64,000 nt of DNA from Polymyxa betae A26-41. Lineage: Eukaryota; Protista; Endomyxa: Phytomyxea. The notes beneath the pieces are model-generated. The model was not told where the DNA came from. It saw nothing but the letters and a program-made list of their open reading frames with translations, and did not search any database. The stretch covers positions 62,001 through 126,000 of the forward strand of contig RBZT01000286.1 of NCBI GenBank assembly GCA_003693705.1, in the 5' to 3' direction. Both the position numbers and the translations under genes were made by a program. Positions 48,424 to 62,900 of this stretch are shown in pieces (the first letter of the stretch is position 1; the number at the start of each line of letters is the position of its first letter).

Positions 48424-51400
48424 ATGGCTGGCTTAAAGTCTGAGGAGCCATGTTTTCCACGTGGATCTACGAAATCTTCCAATGTTACTCCATCAAGACA
48501 TGTTCCCATGGAGCGTGATACCCTTTTTCAGGATCCCGGTTCCAAGAAACGGCGTAGGTCCGATCACACTGCCAAAGCGACGAAAAAGAAACGAAGTGTG
48601 ACGCTAAAAGAAGCCAAATCGGTTTCCGTTACGAGGGCAGAAGTCATGGTCTTCAGCAAGCTTTCCGTCGGGATGAAGATCCTGGGCGCTGTCCAGCTTG
48701 TAAATGAGGTCGACATGGTTGTTTCTCTACCAGGAGGATTAACAGGAGTCGTGTCGCTCCGAGAGATCTCGGATATCATGGCGGACAGGGTCGATAAATT
48801 TGTCGATTCCGATGATAACGACGCTAACGAGGCGTTGCCCGATCTACGTGATCTTTACCAAGTAGGGCAGCTCGTGCCCTGTGTCGTCTCCAGATTAGAT
48901 CGGGTGGATTCGGCAAAGCATATTGACCTTACGACTCGTTCGTCCCTCTTCAACGGCTTTACCTCGGAAGCTCAGATTCAGACCGGCATGATCGTATCAT
49001 GCACTGTAGTCAGTGCTGAACCTCGAGGCTATGTTGTCGATTTCGGAATCACCCGAGGTTTCCTTCCGTTTAAGGAGATTGAAGATGATGGACAGAAGTT
49101 CGTTCCGGGTCAGCCAATCATGGTTCGTGTCGTATCGAAAGGTTCAGCTGCTGTCAGCGTATCATTACGCGAGATTGCTTCGTCGAAGGCGAAGTCATCA
49201 TGGAACTTGTCGTTGCCGATGCTGACTCCTGGGACGTTGGTTAAAGCCACAATCAAAGAGAAGCTCCCAGATGGGTATCTTTTCACGTTTTTTGATGCGT
49301 TTTCTGGAACTGCTGATTATTTCAATCTCGATGGGCGTGAGCTGTAGGTTGATTTAGATTTGTTTTCCATTTCGTTCATGCTCTCGTTTAGTGAAATTGG
49401 CTCGAAACACAGCGCTCGTATTCTTTATATCGATCAAGAGCGTAAAGTTGCTTCGTTATCGTTGCGAGAAGACATTGTGAAATGGCAATCTGGAATGCAG
49501 CCGCTCCCTGTTGGCCACATCACAACAGCCACTATTGTCGCATTCGATGCACTACGTGGCTTGATTCTGAGTACCGAAGACAACCATCGAGCTTATGCCC
49601 ATATTTCGCAATGCTCAGATAAACGTCTCGCAAAGCTTGAGAAAGTTCGTTTAATATCGGAATCCTGACTCTTTGTTGCTAAGCCATTTGCATAGGAATT
49701 CCAAATCGGCCAGACTCTCCGGTGCCGTGTCATGGCTTACAAGCCCATTGATGGAGCTCTGAGTGTCTCTCTTCGCGAATCGATCCTATCTCAAGCAATT
49801 CTCTCTCTTGATGATGTTAAAGCGGGGGATTCCATCTCAGTGACCATTGATCAAGTGCAGCCCTGTGGCGTATTCGTTAATGTTACCAATCATATAAGTG
49901 CTCTGTGTCCATTACATCATGTTACCGAGCTGCGTAATGCTCATAACAAGGTCATTTTGAAACTTCGTCCTGGAAAGAAGGTCGATGCTAGGATCCTGCG
50001 GGTCGATCACGAAACCAGGCGGGTCGCAGTTACGTTCAAGAAGACCCTGGTCGCCAGTACGGATGCACTGATTTCGTCGTGGGAGGATGTTCACGCTGGC
50101 GTTATCGCTCATGGATCTGTTGTCACTATCCGCCCGGTATTCTATACTTTATCGGTTTCAAGCACCCTTGTTAAGCTTGTCTTAGGATATCGGCCTTTTC
50201 GTTGAATTTTATAATAACATTTGTGGATTGGTACCGCTGTCAGATTTAAAAGCATCTGGCTTCACCGATTTGGAAAAGTCTTTCTTCCGAGGGCAAGTTG
50301 TTCGCGTCCAGGTTGTTCATTCGAATGCTCAACGTCAACGAATGGGCTTATCGCTGCGCATTTCCGGTTCTAGTTCCAGCAATCTTATTGTTACTAGTGA
50401 AACCGGATCTGTTGCTGAAGGACTTTTGGCTGGTTATGATGAGCAATCAATTCATGTTGAATTTGGCTCTTGCAAGGTTTGGTTTCCACTGGTTCGGTCC
50501 TTATTCGCTTAAATTAGATATCAGGAGCCTTGCACAATTCCAATCCATCATTTATCGGATCATTCTTCAAATGCTAATTCTGTTTTTGAACGTCTTAAAA
50601 AGGAATCTGTTGGCTCCAAATTCACTATCGGTATTTTGGGCCGTATCAACGACTCTATGTTACTCGGTACGCTGAAGCCTTTGCTCGTGTCTGCAATGCA
50701 GAGTGGTGTGTTTCCTAAGTCTATATCCGACCTGAATGTTGGAGATATTTGTCAAGGATATATTAAAGCTGTCGAGTCATTCGGTGCCTTTATTGCTTTC
50801 AATAACGGTATTGGGAAGTCTAGCTTCTTATGCGTGTATACTGATATTTCAGCAGACTTATGTGGATTGTGTCCTGGTAGAATGATGGATTCCCCCTCGT
50901 TCGAAGTGGGTCAATCAGTATTAGGTCAAGTCGTTGAGGTCGACAGCGAGAAAAAGCGCTTTATTGTCTCGTTAAAGCCAAGTGATATCAAACCTGATGA
51001 GCCTCGATTAAATGCTCTCACGATGTCTTATTTCAATGAGCTTGATGCCACTCTTGGTTCGTGTCTCGGTTTGGGCTTTTTTGTTGAACTCCACTTAATT
51101 CTCTTAGTTGATGATCACATTGACTGGAGCACTCTCGCTTTCGGCAATGTTGTCGATGCTAAAGTTGATGTTCGAAAGGATTTTGGCGTCGTTTTCAGTC
51201 TTGAGCCGAAACCTGTAAAAGGCTTCGCTATCGCTCCTCACAACACTGAGGGTACTTCGTTGTCTCACCTCACTAGTTGCTTTATTAACCGTTTATCCCA
51301 GGTGCATCTCTCGAATTCGGAAACCTTGTCAAAGCGATTGTTCTTGATGTTGATCGACAGCTTAAGATTGTCGACTTGAATGTTTCTGACGAAGCTGTTA

Positions 51401-54400
51401 AACAGCGCCATCGTTATCAAAAGAGCGCTAACAAGGCCACAAAAAAAAAGTCGAAACGCGCTATCGCTGATTTACCGAAACCTGGACAGACAATTTCGTC
51501 TAAAGTTTGCTTGGTCAAGGATAATCATGTAAGTTTGTCTCCTCTTTATGATAGATTGTCGTCCTCAATTGCGGTTAGGTGGTTGTATCGTTACCAGACT
51601 ATCAAGGCCGCATCGCTTTCGCTCTTGCTTATGATTATAACCACCGCATAACTCGATCTACTCTGACTCCTGGTACAGCGGTCAATGTCATATTCATCGG
51701 AGAGCATGGATCAAACCGGTTATTGGTTCGTTTCGATTTTCCATCCCTATTGCTGGAAGGCTCGAAATTGTGGAATTCCAGGATTCCCAATGTTGGCGAA
51801 CAGGTCCAAGGAAAAGTTGTCGACATTCGTAATCTTTATGCCTGTGTTCGGCTTCCAAACGTTCGTTCCAAAACGCAACTTGTTGTTTGCCGTATTTGGA
51901 TCGGCCATGTTACCGATGATGTCAATGCGAAGCCGTTTGGCGAAGGCGGATGCATCAATGTTGGTTCAGAAATCACTGCTAATGTGATATCTTCAATGCA
52001 GCGAGTTTGTGTGGCGCATCGATTTCAATCCAGTATCTAACCGTATCTGTAGGGCGATGTATTAATCTTAGGACTGTCAATGTTGAAAGAGACCCCTACA
52101 ATCAATACTGTTGATGATGTCACTCGTGGATCGACTCTCCCGGCTTATGTTAAAGCCATCAAAGATAATATCTGGGTCGCTCTTTCTCCACTTGTCAAAG
52201 CTTGTGTCCATCCCCTATTGGTATCCTCCCCTGGGAATCAAAGCTTCGAAATTGGTCAACGCGTTGAAGGTAGAGTTTCTTATGTTATCAAGACTTGAAA
52301 TTGATCCTCTTTAGCGACCATCCTTCGAATTGACAGTTCACAATCTCAACTGGATGCTTCTTTGAATGGCGTTTCCGACTTCAAGAAGTTGATAACTCCC
52401 GGAGCTCGTTTGACTGGTCGTATCCGCTCGATTATGAAACCTCGCTATCTTGTTGTTGAGATCGCTCCCCAAATATTTGGACGTGTTCCATTGTCTGAAA
52501 TTTCAGATGAATTCACCGACGAGCCTCTTAGCTCTTTCCAATCTGGCCAGGTTGGCTTATTTGTTGTACTCTCATCCCAAATTGATCATAATATTCTTAG
52601 TACGTTTCTGTTCGTGTCATATCTATTAATGACGACCTGAGTCGTATTAATTTATCGTTACGAAATAATGCCGCTCCCATTAGCAGTATCAGTGATTGCC
52701 AAATAGGGCAACTCGTGTCCGGTTATGTCACGGATTGTGGTAATATTAACCATGACTTGGATTGGAACATATATCTTATTAGGTTATTTCAGGATCGAAA
52801 GGCTGTTTCGTGGAACTTAGTGGAACTGTCACTGCTCAAGTTCGAATTGCTGATCTATCAGATCGTTTTATCCCTGACGTTGCCTCTGTATTCACAGCTG
52901 GAAAGCTTGTTAAGGGTCGTATATCTACAGTGTCTCCGCCTAATCATATTGGGCTTTCATTGAAGGAGAGTATAGTTGACCCTGATTCAGCCGGCGCTAT
53001 TGCCACTGTCGCACCAGGAAGCATCGTTACTGGATGTATCATTAACATTCGTGACTTCGGTATCTTTGTCCGCATCGATAATGACACTGGAGCTCGTGTC
53101 ACCGGAATGGCTCACGTATCTGAAATTTTCGATGAGAAGGATGAAACAATCTCCTTGAAAGATCGAATCGCGAAATACTACGCTGTTGGAGATGCTGTTC
53201 GGGCCCGTGTTATTCTTGTCGATCCCAAGTCAAATCGCATTAATCTTTCCCTTAAGCATTCTCAAGTTGATACCGACATGAATGAGGCTTCTACTGAATT
53301 TGAAGAGAAAGACGCTGAGTTGGCTGGCATGGACATCGATTGTGATGTTCAAGAGCTGAACATTCCTGAGGTCGAGATGGCTGCTGCTCTCTCTGATGAT
53401 GATTCGGATAATGAATGCAGTTCGAATGCTGAACCCGAATTATCAGCTAATGCGCACCAAACTTCTGAAGATGTTAAAGAAAAGGCATCAACACAGTCGC
53501 GAAAAACCATGATTGAAAGGGTTCGTGCGGAAGAAGCTAAACTGGAGCATATTGAAAAGCGAATTGCTGACGGGGAACGTGTTCCCGAAAATGTCGAAGA
53601 TTTCGAGCGGCTTGCTATTGCATCACCTAACTCATCGCTGATGTGGTGTCGTTACATCGCTTTCCAGCTCTCTTTGAACGAAACCCAATTAGCCCGTGAG
53701 GTTGCTGAGCGTGCTTTGACAACGATCCATTATCGAGAAGAAGCAGAGCTGCTAAACAGTAAGTTGCTCTAAGCACTACATGGCGCAAAATCTAACCGCA
53801 TTCTAGTTTGGGTTGCATTGATCAATCTTGAGAATTTGTATGGATCTAGCGAGACTCGATCTGCCGCTCTAGAAAGGTCTTTAAAGGCTTGTGATCCGAA
53901 AAAGCTTCTAAATCGTGTCGCACAAATGTTTGAGCTTAGTGATAACCAAATCGAATGTGATAGTACACATAAGGATATATGCAAACGTTATCCCGAAAGC
54001 CGAAACGCGTGGATTAACGCTGTTGGCTACAAATTCCGATCAGGACGCCCTGACATTGCTCGACCGATGCTCAAACAAGCGTTACAAATGTTGCCCAAAC
54101 GAAAACACATCCGTTTCATTACATCTTTTGCTCTGTTCGAGTTCAAAATGGGATCTGTCGAACGTGGAAGAACAATTCTTGAAGGCAGGTGCCCAGTGAC
54201 TGTCTTGACCATCATGTCTTATTCTGATTAGGTGTCTTGGGGAACTATCCCAAGCGCGTTGACCTGTGGTCCATTTATCTGGATCAAGAAATTCGTATTG
54301 GTGACCAAGCAGTTTGCCGTCGGCTCTTTGATCGTGTTATTCATCTCGATCTATCTGTGAAGAAGATGAAATTCTTTTTCAAGCGTTATCTTCAGTATGA

Positions 54401-54482
54401 ACGTGAATACGGTGACGAAGCCAGCATTGAGCATGTCAAGGAAGCTGCTAAGGCATTTGTCGCCTCCAGGGTATCGTCGTAA
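48424..54482 (+). CDS. RRP5: rRNA biogenesis protein RRP5 (S1 repeats + HAT/TPR), many introns
   Basis: N-terminal FPRG, multiple S1 domains, DFERLAIASPNSSLMW, AREVAERAL..IHYREEAE, YPKRVDLWSIYLDQE, KKMKFFFKRYL. Confidence 0.97.
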
Positions 54483-54511
54483 CCGCACTTGCACTCAATA
54501 ATTAAACAATA

Positions 54512-56079
54512 TTAAACTTGTATTGCTTTTAAATCAATTTTCTCAGTTTGAGATCTATTCCGTCTCCTGGCGTTGGCAATGCTTATAAAGATTACGCCAA
54601 TTGCTAATATATACATTAATGTTGACAGGACAATAAACTTCTTTCGAAGTTTGACATTTAAAAATTCTGGGCCCAACGAGATGTGTAGTATGGTCTGCAG
54701 CATTTGTGATACGAGCATGTTCAAAAATAGTAGATGCAACCTGATACTATCATTTGTGCCTTTTGCAACCTGACTTGTTGCGATACATCCGCTGATCTCA
54801 TTGACAGCATAATACAGAACAATGCAGACATGAGTGATTTGAACAATGGAGCTCTGCGCTGCGATAAGCAGTAATGTTCCCGCACAAGTAGCAGCTGTTA
54901 GCACAGAATACAATGTATGTCTTTGAAGAAAGTCCCCGTACTTTGTACTTGCTATCGCAGCAGCACATGCTGATATACGGCACGCTGCTAGAACAAGGCC
55001 ATTGGTTTGGTCTTCATTCGAAATCTCCTTAAACAGTGTCGTATCCATATTCATTACTAATTCGGCACAAGAATTCGCAACCCAAATCCAGACGCTCCAA
55101 AGCAAAACCGAGGTGTTTCCGCAAAGTGTTCTGCGACATTCCTATCAGAACATTAGAGACGAGCGAGGAAGTATGAACATTCTAGCCTGAAACTGAGCGC
55201 AAAACCCAGAAAGACGGGAGGCAATAGTTGGTGCCCGGTCACGTTTTGTTCGAATCGGCATAGTAGCCGCAAAAAGAAGAAGGCCAGTGAATGTCGAACT
55301 AATGGATATATGGAAAAGAATGTCGTATGACAAATTAAAATGCTGACGACATATCCAGGCAGCCACTCCACCGATTACATTCGCAGAAAGATTTGAAGCA
55401 CGGAGCCATCCAGTCTATGCAACACAATCAGTTCGCACTTGACAATTATGAAAAGAAAAATGGGAAGGCCATTTTTTCTGCATAATTTTTTTTTAGAACA
55501 AAATGATGGTAACTAACAATCTTTAAGAAGGTATCATCAGGAACGACACTGTATATAAATGCTCCATTGATGATTTTCGTGCTGCTCGCCAAACCGAAAG
55601 TCAGCTATAGTCGGATGTGAGTAACTCAGAGATGAAGTCAACTAAACAACTCGGACCTCAGCAATTTGTATGGTCTGGAGACTAGAGCTTGACAGCAGCA
55701 AATACTGACTTATAACCCGACAAGCAATTCCAGTTAGAATAACGTGATGATAGTCAACGATGTACTCGGCAACAAATGTAAAGGGAAGAAGACCTGCAAG
55801 CAAACCGTATGTATAGAAAGGCTGCATTAAATCTGATTAGCGAAATTATCGACAGCTACCATAATTCTCACCCAGATATGATGGGACATCTGCTCGACGC
55901 TAAACCCTTTCACATCTTTGAAGAAATGGGAAAGATATCTGAACGAGACTAAGAGAACCGCCTTCACAGATTTCAAAGATCAGGACGCACGGGTCTGATG
56001 GTTTTAGACTCTGAAAAAAGACACTCGTCAAGATGAGCGAAGTCAGCAATCTCCATCGAGAACGGGGTGCTGCATGCAT
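54512..56079 (-). CDS. SLC19-family (folate/thiamine) MFS transporter
   Basis: FFQSLKPS[DE]P N-terminal motif, PFYTY, and multiple TM helices over several exons. Confidence 0.75.
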
Positions 56080-56694
56080 GAATTGGATTGAATATCGATT
56101 ATGACAGTATAACAAACCCAATCAGTCCTTTTCTCCACAAAACATTGTCAGAAATCAATTCCATCGGATTAATCTCTATCCGAAACGCATTCTAGAAAAT
56201 ATCGAATCTAAAGAGCTGCAGCAATACCTATAAAGGCTATAATGGCTGCCACCCTTCACTTCAATCGCTCGCTAACCACGTATCAATAAACCCACCGGGT
56301 CGAAATCCAATCCTGAAATGCTATGTTCAGATTGGACAGGAGCTTTGTATCTAAGCCTCACGGCTGCCGACCGAATATATATGAAAGTTAAAGACCATAT
56401 GCGAACCTAAGGAAACGGAACAAATGGAATTCGGTGATTCGCTCAATTGTGAAGATCGGAATCGGGAACGCGTGATGCCCGAGGATAATCCGAGCCACCA
56501 TTTCCCAATATAGATTTGACTTGTGTCTAACGTTGCGCAGTCCCATTGTTTCCACTGTGCTGCAGTCGCCGCCATCTCACAGCTTCCACGTTACATCGTT
56601 GCTCTCCACCTTTCGACTTTTATTAGTTGACAGTCGTCTTCTACTTCATCGAATCTATACACCATACATACATACTCATACCCGATTCAACAAG

Positions 56695-58150
56695 ATGCCA
56701 TGCAAAGCGCTCATTCTCGTCGGCGGTTATGGAACGCGTCTGCGACCCTTCACATTTGATGCACCGAAGCCGCTGGTCCCGTTCGCCAACAAGCCCATTG
56801 TCATGCATCAGATTGAGGCGTTGGTGAAGGTCAGCGATCTGGGCGCTGTCATGACTGCCAATACAGATGACTGTTTCAGGTTGGAGTTACTGAAGTTATC
56901 TTGGCTGTTTCATATCAGTCGGAAGTTCTAGAGGCTTATCTGCAGGACCAGGCAGAGGCGGTAGGCTATCGTCTATACTCGCCTTCCAAATGCTAATCTC
57001 CGTAACAGCTTGGTATTAACATTATTTTCTCGAAAGAAGACGAGCCTTTAGGAACAGGTATGAGATCTGTAAATCGTGGGCTTGTTGGTGCTAATACTGT
57101 TCAGCTGGGCCTTTATCATTGGCTCGACGATATCTGGATGGTCCCGATCCGTTCTTTGTCCTAAACAGTGACGTAATCTGTGATTTCCCGTTTGATCAGA
57201 TTCTAAAATTCCATAAATCGCACGGCAAAGAAGGCACTATTTTTGTATGAAAGTCCATAATAACGAATGTTTTTGAATTTATGGAATCAATCACAGGTGA
57301 CACAAGTTAAAGACCCATCAAAATACGGTGTTGTTGTTTCCGACCATTCCGGTCGCATTGAGCGGTTCGTTGAAAAGCCAACTGGTAGGAAAGTTGAAAA
57401 TAGGTTTCTAGAAATAATGATGATTGTACAGAGTTCGTCGGAGACAAAATTAACGCTGGAATGTATATCTTCAACCGGGGAATACTTGACCGAATCAAGG
57501 TATTGTCATGGCATTTCAAAATTCTAACCAACTTTTGATCATTGATCATTGCATTCAGCCCGTTCCCACATCAATCGAACGCGAGACCTTCCCTGAAATG
57601 GTGTCTGAGAAAAATCTGTACCAATTCGTAAATGCCTTTTTTTACGGGATTAGTCACTGTGTTGAAAGCATTTAAGGTGTTGCCCGGATTCTGGATGGAC
57701 ATTGGTCAGCCATTAGATTATCTTAAAGGACAGACGATGTATCTTGAGAGCTTAAATTTTAGAAAATCGCCTACTTTGTGTAAGAGCATCAACGGATGCG
57801 CATCAAACGACGTCGTCGGCAATGTTGTTATCGATCCAACTGCAAAGATCGGTTCAGGCTGTCTCATTGGACCAAATGTTGTTATTGGGCCTAATGTTGT
57901 TATTGGCGATAATGTTCTTATCGCTAACAGCGCCATCTTCGCTGGCAGTAAAATTTCTAGCAGTGCTTATATCGTGTCGTCGATCATTGGCTGGGAATGC
58001 AATATTGGAAAATGGGCTCACATCGGACCCGATGTCTTTCTGGGAAAGGATGTCAGTGTTGGCCAAGGAGTGACGATCATGAATGGCGTCAAAGTCGCTC
58101 CACACAAAGGCTTGAAAGATGATGTGGTCGTTGCTAAGGATATCATGTGA
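56695..58150 (+). CDS. GMPPB: Mannose-1-phosphate guanylyltransferase (GDP-mannose pyrophosphorylase, beta type)
   Basis: [56 protein letters not shown], hexapeptide repeats. Confidence 0.96.
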
Positions 58151-58331
58151 AGTGTTGTATATAAATCCTTGTAAATCAATGTTTGGTTAAATAATTGTTA
58201 ATCACATGGAAAAGAATTAGAAAGGGATTAGTTGGATTTGCTTTTAGGTGACGAGATAGGGTTCTGTAAACCGGTAGAACCACGTTACATAAGACAGTGT
58301 AGTCGATTAGGGTTTGTGATGACATGTAATC

Positions 58332-59057
58332 ATGGACCAACTCTCTTCACTTACATTGGACGATGTTGTAGCCTTTCTTAATACAACCGATGGACGTGAT
58401 CGTTTCACTCGCTGTCTACAATACGGATGCCTGGCGTTAGCCCCTTCAGCCTCCATTACCAAATTTTACGATGCCCTAAGCATGGCCAGAAAGGTTCTTC
58501 GTATGTCGAAGAGTATGGACATTTGGAATCAGCTTGCCACATCCTGCAAATATGCTTTCGATGATGTATGAAGACTGTCGTCGTTTTATCTCATTTCACT
58601 GAGCTGCCTTATAGTATGCACGGCTCGGTCTGCTAGGCTTCTATTTTTCAGATCATTTAATATGGGCCCAACGAATTGGCTTTATACAGCTATCAAAGAA
58701 GTCACAAGCAACTATAAAATTATTGAAGTCGTCCCTATGGTTGGTTGTGCTGTTATCAACAATAACGCGTTGCATTCGAAGAATAATAGCCGTTTATAAT
58801 GACCAGGTAAAGAATGCGATTTCCTGCAAAATTCTATCTAACGATTGCTCTAGAAAAACGAAGAAGGTAATTCAGAGCAAAAAAAGAATGTCGCTCTGTT
58901 AACGAAGATCGTGGCGCGAAGCAGTCTTGATCTGCCAATTTGCCTTTATTTTGCAGGCGTCCTGAAAGTACCTTCAAGGCTAGTCGGTCTGTTAGGCCTG
59001 GTTTCCTCTTTGATGGCTCTGCAGAATACCGATAGCAAGATAGATCCGATTCTATAA
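58332..59057 (+). CDS. PEX11: Peroxisomal biogenesis factor 11
   Basis: FLNTTDGRDRFTRCLQY, LSMARKVLR, DHLIW, DLPI...VGLLGLVSS. Two introns. Confidence 0.85.
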
Positions 59058-59138
59058 AGCAGAATTTCAGTGTTTATTGTTTACAAATCATTGGCTTTCT
59101 CATCAGATAAAGTGGGACCCATTTACTATGATGTGCTG

Positions 59139-59810
59139 TTAGCGAACGTCTTGCCTCATGGAACTGTTGCTTGCCGGTGCAGATTCCATAATTAATGACT
59201 GCCCAGGAGCCAAACACAGATTCTGACTGCACGTGTTCCCTACAGGACATGCTGAACAAGGTATCCCACTTTTGAATGGGCGTTCATTGTGAATAGGAGC
59301 ATGGTCGAAATGACAGATGAGAATGTCGCCCGGATAGGTGTTCAGCACCAGAAGATTCTCACATTGATTCAATGCACAGCCGAGTTGTCGAACTGATGCC
59401 CACATCAGCTGCCGCCAATGTCCACATTCCTGGTCTTTGATGCACTTATTTTGGATCATATCATACGAAGCACCTTCCTTCTCGAACCAGAACTTGAACA
59501 GATCAAAGTAATTGAAAGTGCCAGAAGGTGTGGCGAATGCGATGTTTTCGCCCCATGGAAGTCCAGCTGTATGCTTTTCGGGGCATTTCATCGCAACTTG
59601 CCGTGCTGAATCGGCTAATTGGTTGCTCCATTGAACTGCTTGCATATCGCTGGCGCCGAAACCATTCTGACCATGAGCATCGACACTTTTTGAGCGAAAG
59701 TAGTTTGCCACACCGATAAGCTTATTGATGTCAGTTGCAGAGAGATCGGCTTTAGCGTGCAGCACGAGAATCGTGAGCACTGAGTTGAGAACTAGGAACG
59801 GAAACGCCAT
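59139..59810 (-). CDS. Secreted CAP/SCP/PR-1 family protein
   Basis: Signal peptide, MQAVQWSNQLA, GENIA, CGHWRQLMWASVRQLGCA, ICHF and a Cys-rich tail. Intronless. Confidence 0.92.
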   Translation of the reverse strand: MAFPFLVLNSVLTILVLHAKADLSATDINKLIGVANYFRSKSVDAHGQNGFGASDMQAVQWSNQLADSARQVAMKCPEKHTAGLPWGENIAFATPSGTFNYFDLFKFWFEKEGASYDMIQNKCIKDQECGHWRQLMWASVRQLGCALNQCENLLVLNTYPGDILICHFDHAPIHNERPFKSGIPCSACPVGNTCSQNLCLAPGQSLIMESAPASNSSMRQDVR

Positions 59811-59979
59811 GCTGGTTTGAGATCAAATTTTCCTTGTGAGAACATCAAGTTCCGGTTTGGAAGAATGTATTCGCGGCATGAGTCAACGAATCCGGCTAAG
59901 TTTGAATTGAAAAATAAATATCTTTATGCCATTTATCATACAATTAAAAGTCTTAATAAGAGTAAATAAAATACAGATT

Positions 59980-62900
59980 TTACATTTTGCTATCCAGCAA
60001 ATCATGCTCTTTCAAGATGTCGGATAAGAGCGATGTCTTGAGCACTTGTAAGTAGAATGTGTGGAATTTTGGGCAATCAGCTTTGACACCAGGTAAACTG
60101 TGCAGTTTGTGGATGGCAATGATGAAAGATGACAGAATACGACGAATATCACTATCCGATGGATTTCTTTTCACTTGAGCCAGGCAATTCTTGACAGCAG
60201 GTAGAAAATACATCGGAAGATCTTCGAAGAAGCCAATCTAACAGATTCGATCAATGAATGCCAAGAAATCGAATACGCACATACAGAAACACCAGGAGTT
60301 AAGCTGGAGGCGATACCAGCCATGATGTCATACGTGCTGCATTGTAATTCAAAATCCGGGTCATTGACACCGTGCTTGGCTAGCTCAATAATAATGAATT
60401 TAAAGGGGATGTGTTCCGGATACAATTCTGTAATGGTTTTCAAACAGGAATAAGCCGCTTGACGAAGAAGTAATCCTTCATCGACAGTTTCTAAAAACCA
60501 CCATTAGCATAAGCGACATAAGATCGAGGCAATCTAACCTTGAAATGCACCGAAGTCGATTTTGCGGATCAGCTCATTTTTCAAATGAATTTCCTCTGCA
60601 GCCCAAGACGTTAAATTTTCAAGGATTGCGTCCAGATTGGAGATCGATCTGGTGGAATTTAGAAGGGCAATCAAAGCCAAATAAGCTTGACGTTTGACTG
60701 CCAAATCTAGAGCAAAATGAGGAACTCATCATTAGCTAAAATGCCAATACAAACCAGAATCATGCAGCAGCGGAAGAAGCAATTCTGCTGGGATGCCTTC
60801 GTCACGTATTTGGGCATAATAGAATTTAATAGCTGTCACTATACTAGCTCGAAGTAAACGCGATGGAGATTTTAGAGCCGATTGGATTTGCGAAGCCAGA
60901 TGCGAGCGATCAAGCGCCAATAATTTTCCAATACATTCGGAAGCAATGGTTCGAACACCTGTAAGATTCTTCTTAATAATGAATCGCTGAGAAAAGTGTA
61001 TGATCGACCTTCATCTTCCGAATCTGCATGTCTCATTAAAACAGGAAATATCGTATTCGTAACATCCAAAGAGATCCGATCAGGTTCCACTGAAATTAAT
61101 ACTTCCTGAAACAAGGTTGTGACAACATTTGGGGGAGCATACTGGCCCATTGCATACCTTGAGAGCATGTAAGGGGAAGCAAACTGATTCTGTCTCGGAT
61201 TGTACAACACGATCTAGAAGTGATGGAAGCAACGAAGTTGGGTTCGCTGATGTGCAAGCACCAAGTGACGTTGCAGCTGATGCTTTAACATGTTCATTTT
61301 CACAATTGATATATGACGATAAGAATGAGAACAGGTGATTCAAGAAAGGTTCAGGAAGAGGAGATAAACGCGATACCTCGCCTACAGAAACAGACTTCAG
61401 ATTCCTATGCAAAAACAATTCATGGCAACAAGAGAGGAGTAAGAGGATTCCTACCGAATATAATCAAGAAGAGCTGCAAATAACCAGATTTTGTGTTGCT
61501 GTCAACGGAAGATAGCAAATTCGTGATTTCTTGGACAAGAGTTCCTTGATCGAATCGTGTCACAAAACCTGATAAATGTGGAGGTGAACTGAACAGTGAA
61601 ATAGAGTAATAATAAGATTCATACAAGCAGCAATAGCAGATCCAAGAGGTGCAAGCTGAACATCAGGATTGGAACCAATCTCCATCAGACGTGTAATGAG
61701 ATGTTGATACTCGTTATCAGAATGTGATTGACAAATAGCAACCAAGAGAGCTTGTGATGATTGCAGTGATGATCGATGTTGTGAATCTGCATTAGATAAT
61801 ACACGAATGGCTTGATCTGTAAGAGAACGAACAACATCACGTTCCTGTAATAATACATTTGATAATGACATTTTTGAGATCTATGCAGAGCATACTGGAC
61901 TAAATTGTCGTTGTTTGGCTAACCTAAGAACATTCGCACAAAGGTTATGCATGCTGGTAATAACAGATGCATCATCCAGATTAACACAGACTTGTAAGCA
62001 ATCATTCAGCATCGATACAGCAATTGATGCCGGATATCGACTGACAAATGCAGACATCGTGGATAAATCTGAAAAGAAGAAGGTTCAGAAGATGATGGTA
62101 TAGAAATGGCAGAGGAACGAACATGGTGAAATGGTATTAGCATCTTTGTCTTTATGGCTAACAAGTTCAAGTAGTGTTTTAAATATACGAGAAGCGCATG
62201 GCTCTAATGCTTGATAAACTGATGATACATTCGAATTTGCCATAACAGTTAAACATTGAAGTCCTGTAGTAGCAACATTTCGAATTTCAACACAGGAGAG
62301 GAATAACTCCAGACAGTTTTGGAAATCGGAACTGTCCAGCGATCCACCTGTAACATCCATCAGATGAAACAACAGACCGAGAAACTCAAATGAAAAAGCG
62401 CCTCACCAAAGCAGGGGCAAAAATCAGCCAAAGCCGAACAGGCATAAATATGCACTTCTGTAGGACAGCTGGGAAGTTTCTTCGCGATCTCAAATAATGG
62501 CTGGAATAGGAGAATCATTTCAGGGATTTCAGACTGATCATCATTAATGTGAAGACTCTTGCAAAGTGCAGCAGCACTTTCAAATGGAGCCACTGATAGC
62601 TTGTCTATCATGTTGGGTCAGAAAGGTTGCAGACAACAGATTCAAGAAAACAGACTGGAATCATCATTGATGACGGTTATTAGCGCCTGTAATATAGACT
62701 GAATATTCATCAAGCGTAGACGTGAACCTGGCAATAAACTAGTCAATGCTTTTAGAGTCTCAAGTCCAATTAGTTGAACGGATGTGTCGCTCTTATCAAC
62801 AATTTCTGAAGAACAGATGAATACGTTGGACATAAGAGAAGTGATAATGAAAACCTGAAAGTGCAAATGACAGGACTTCATCTGATTCCGAGAATACTCG

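Noticed and set aside
54512-56500. Possible TPP riboswitch associated with the SLC19-like transporter
   Set aside because: No CUGAGA plus CCUGA...UAAU..CGNAGG core was found on the coding strand.
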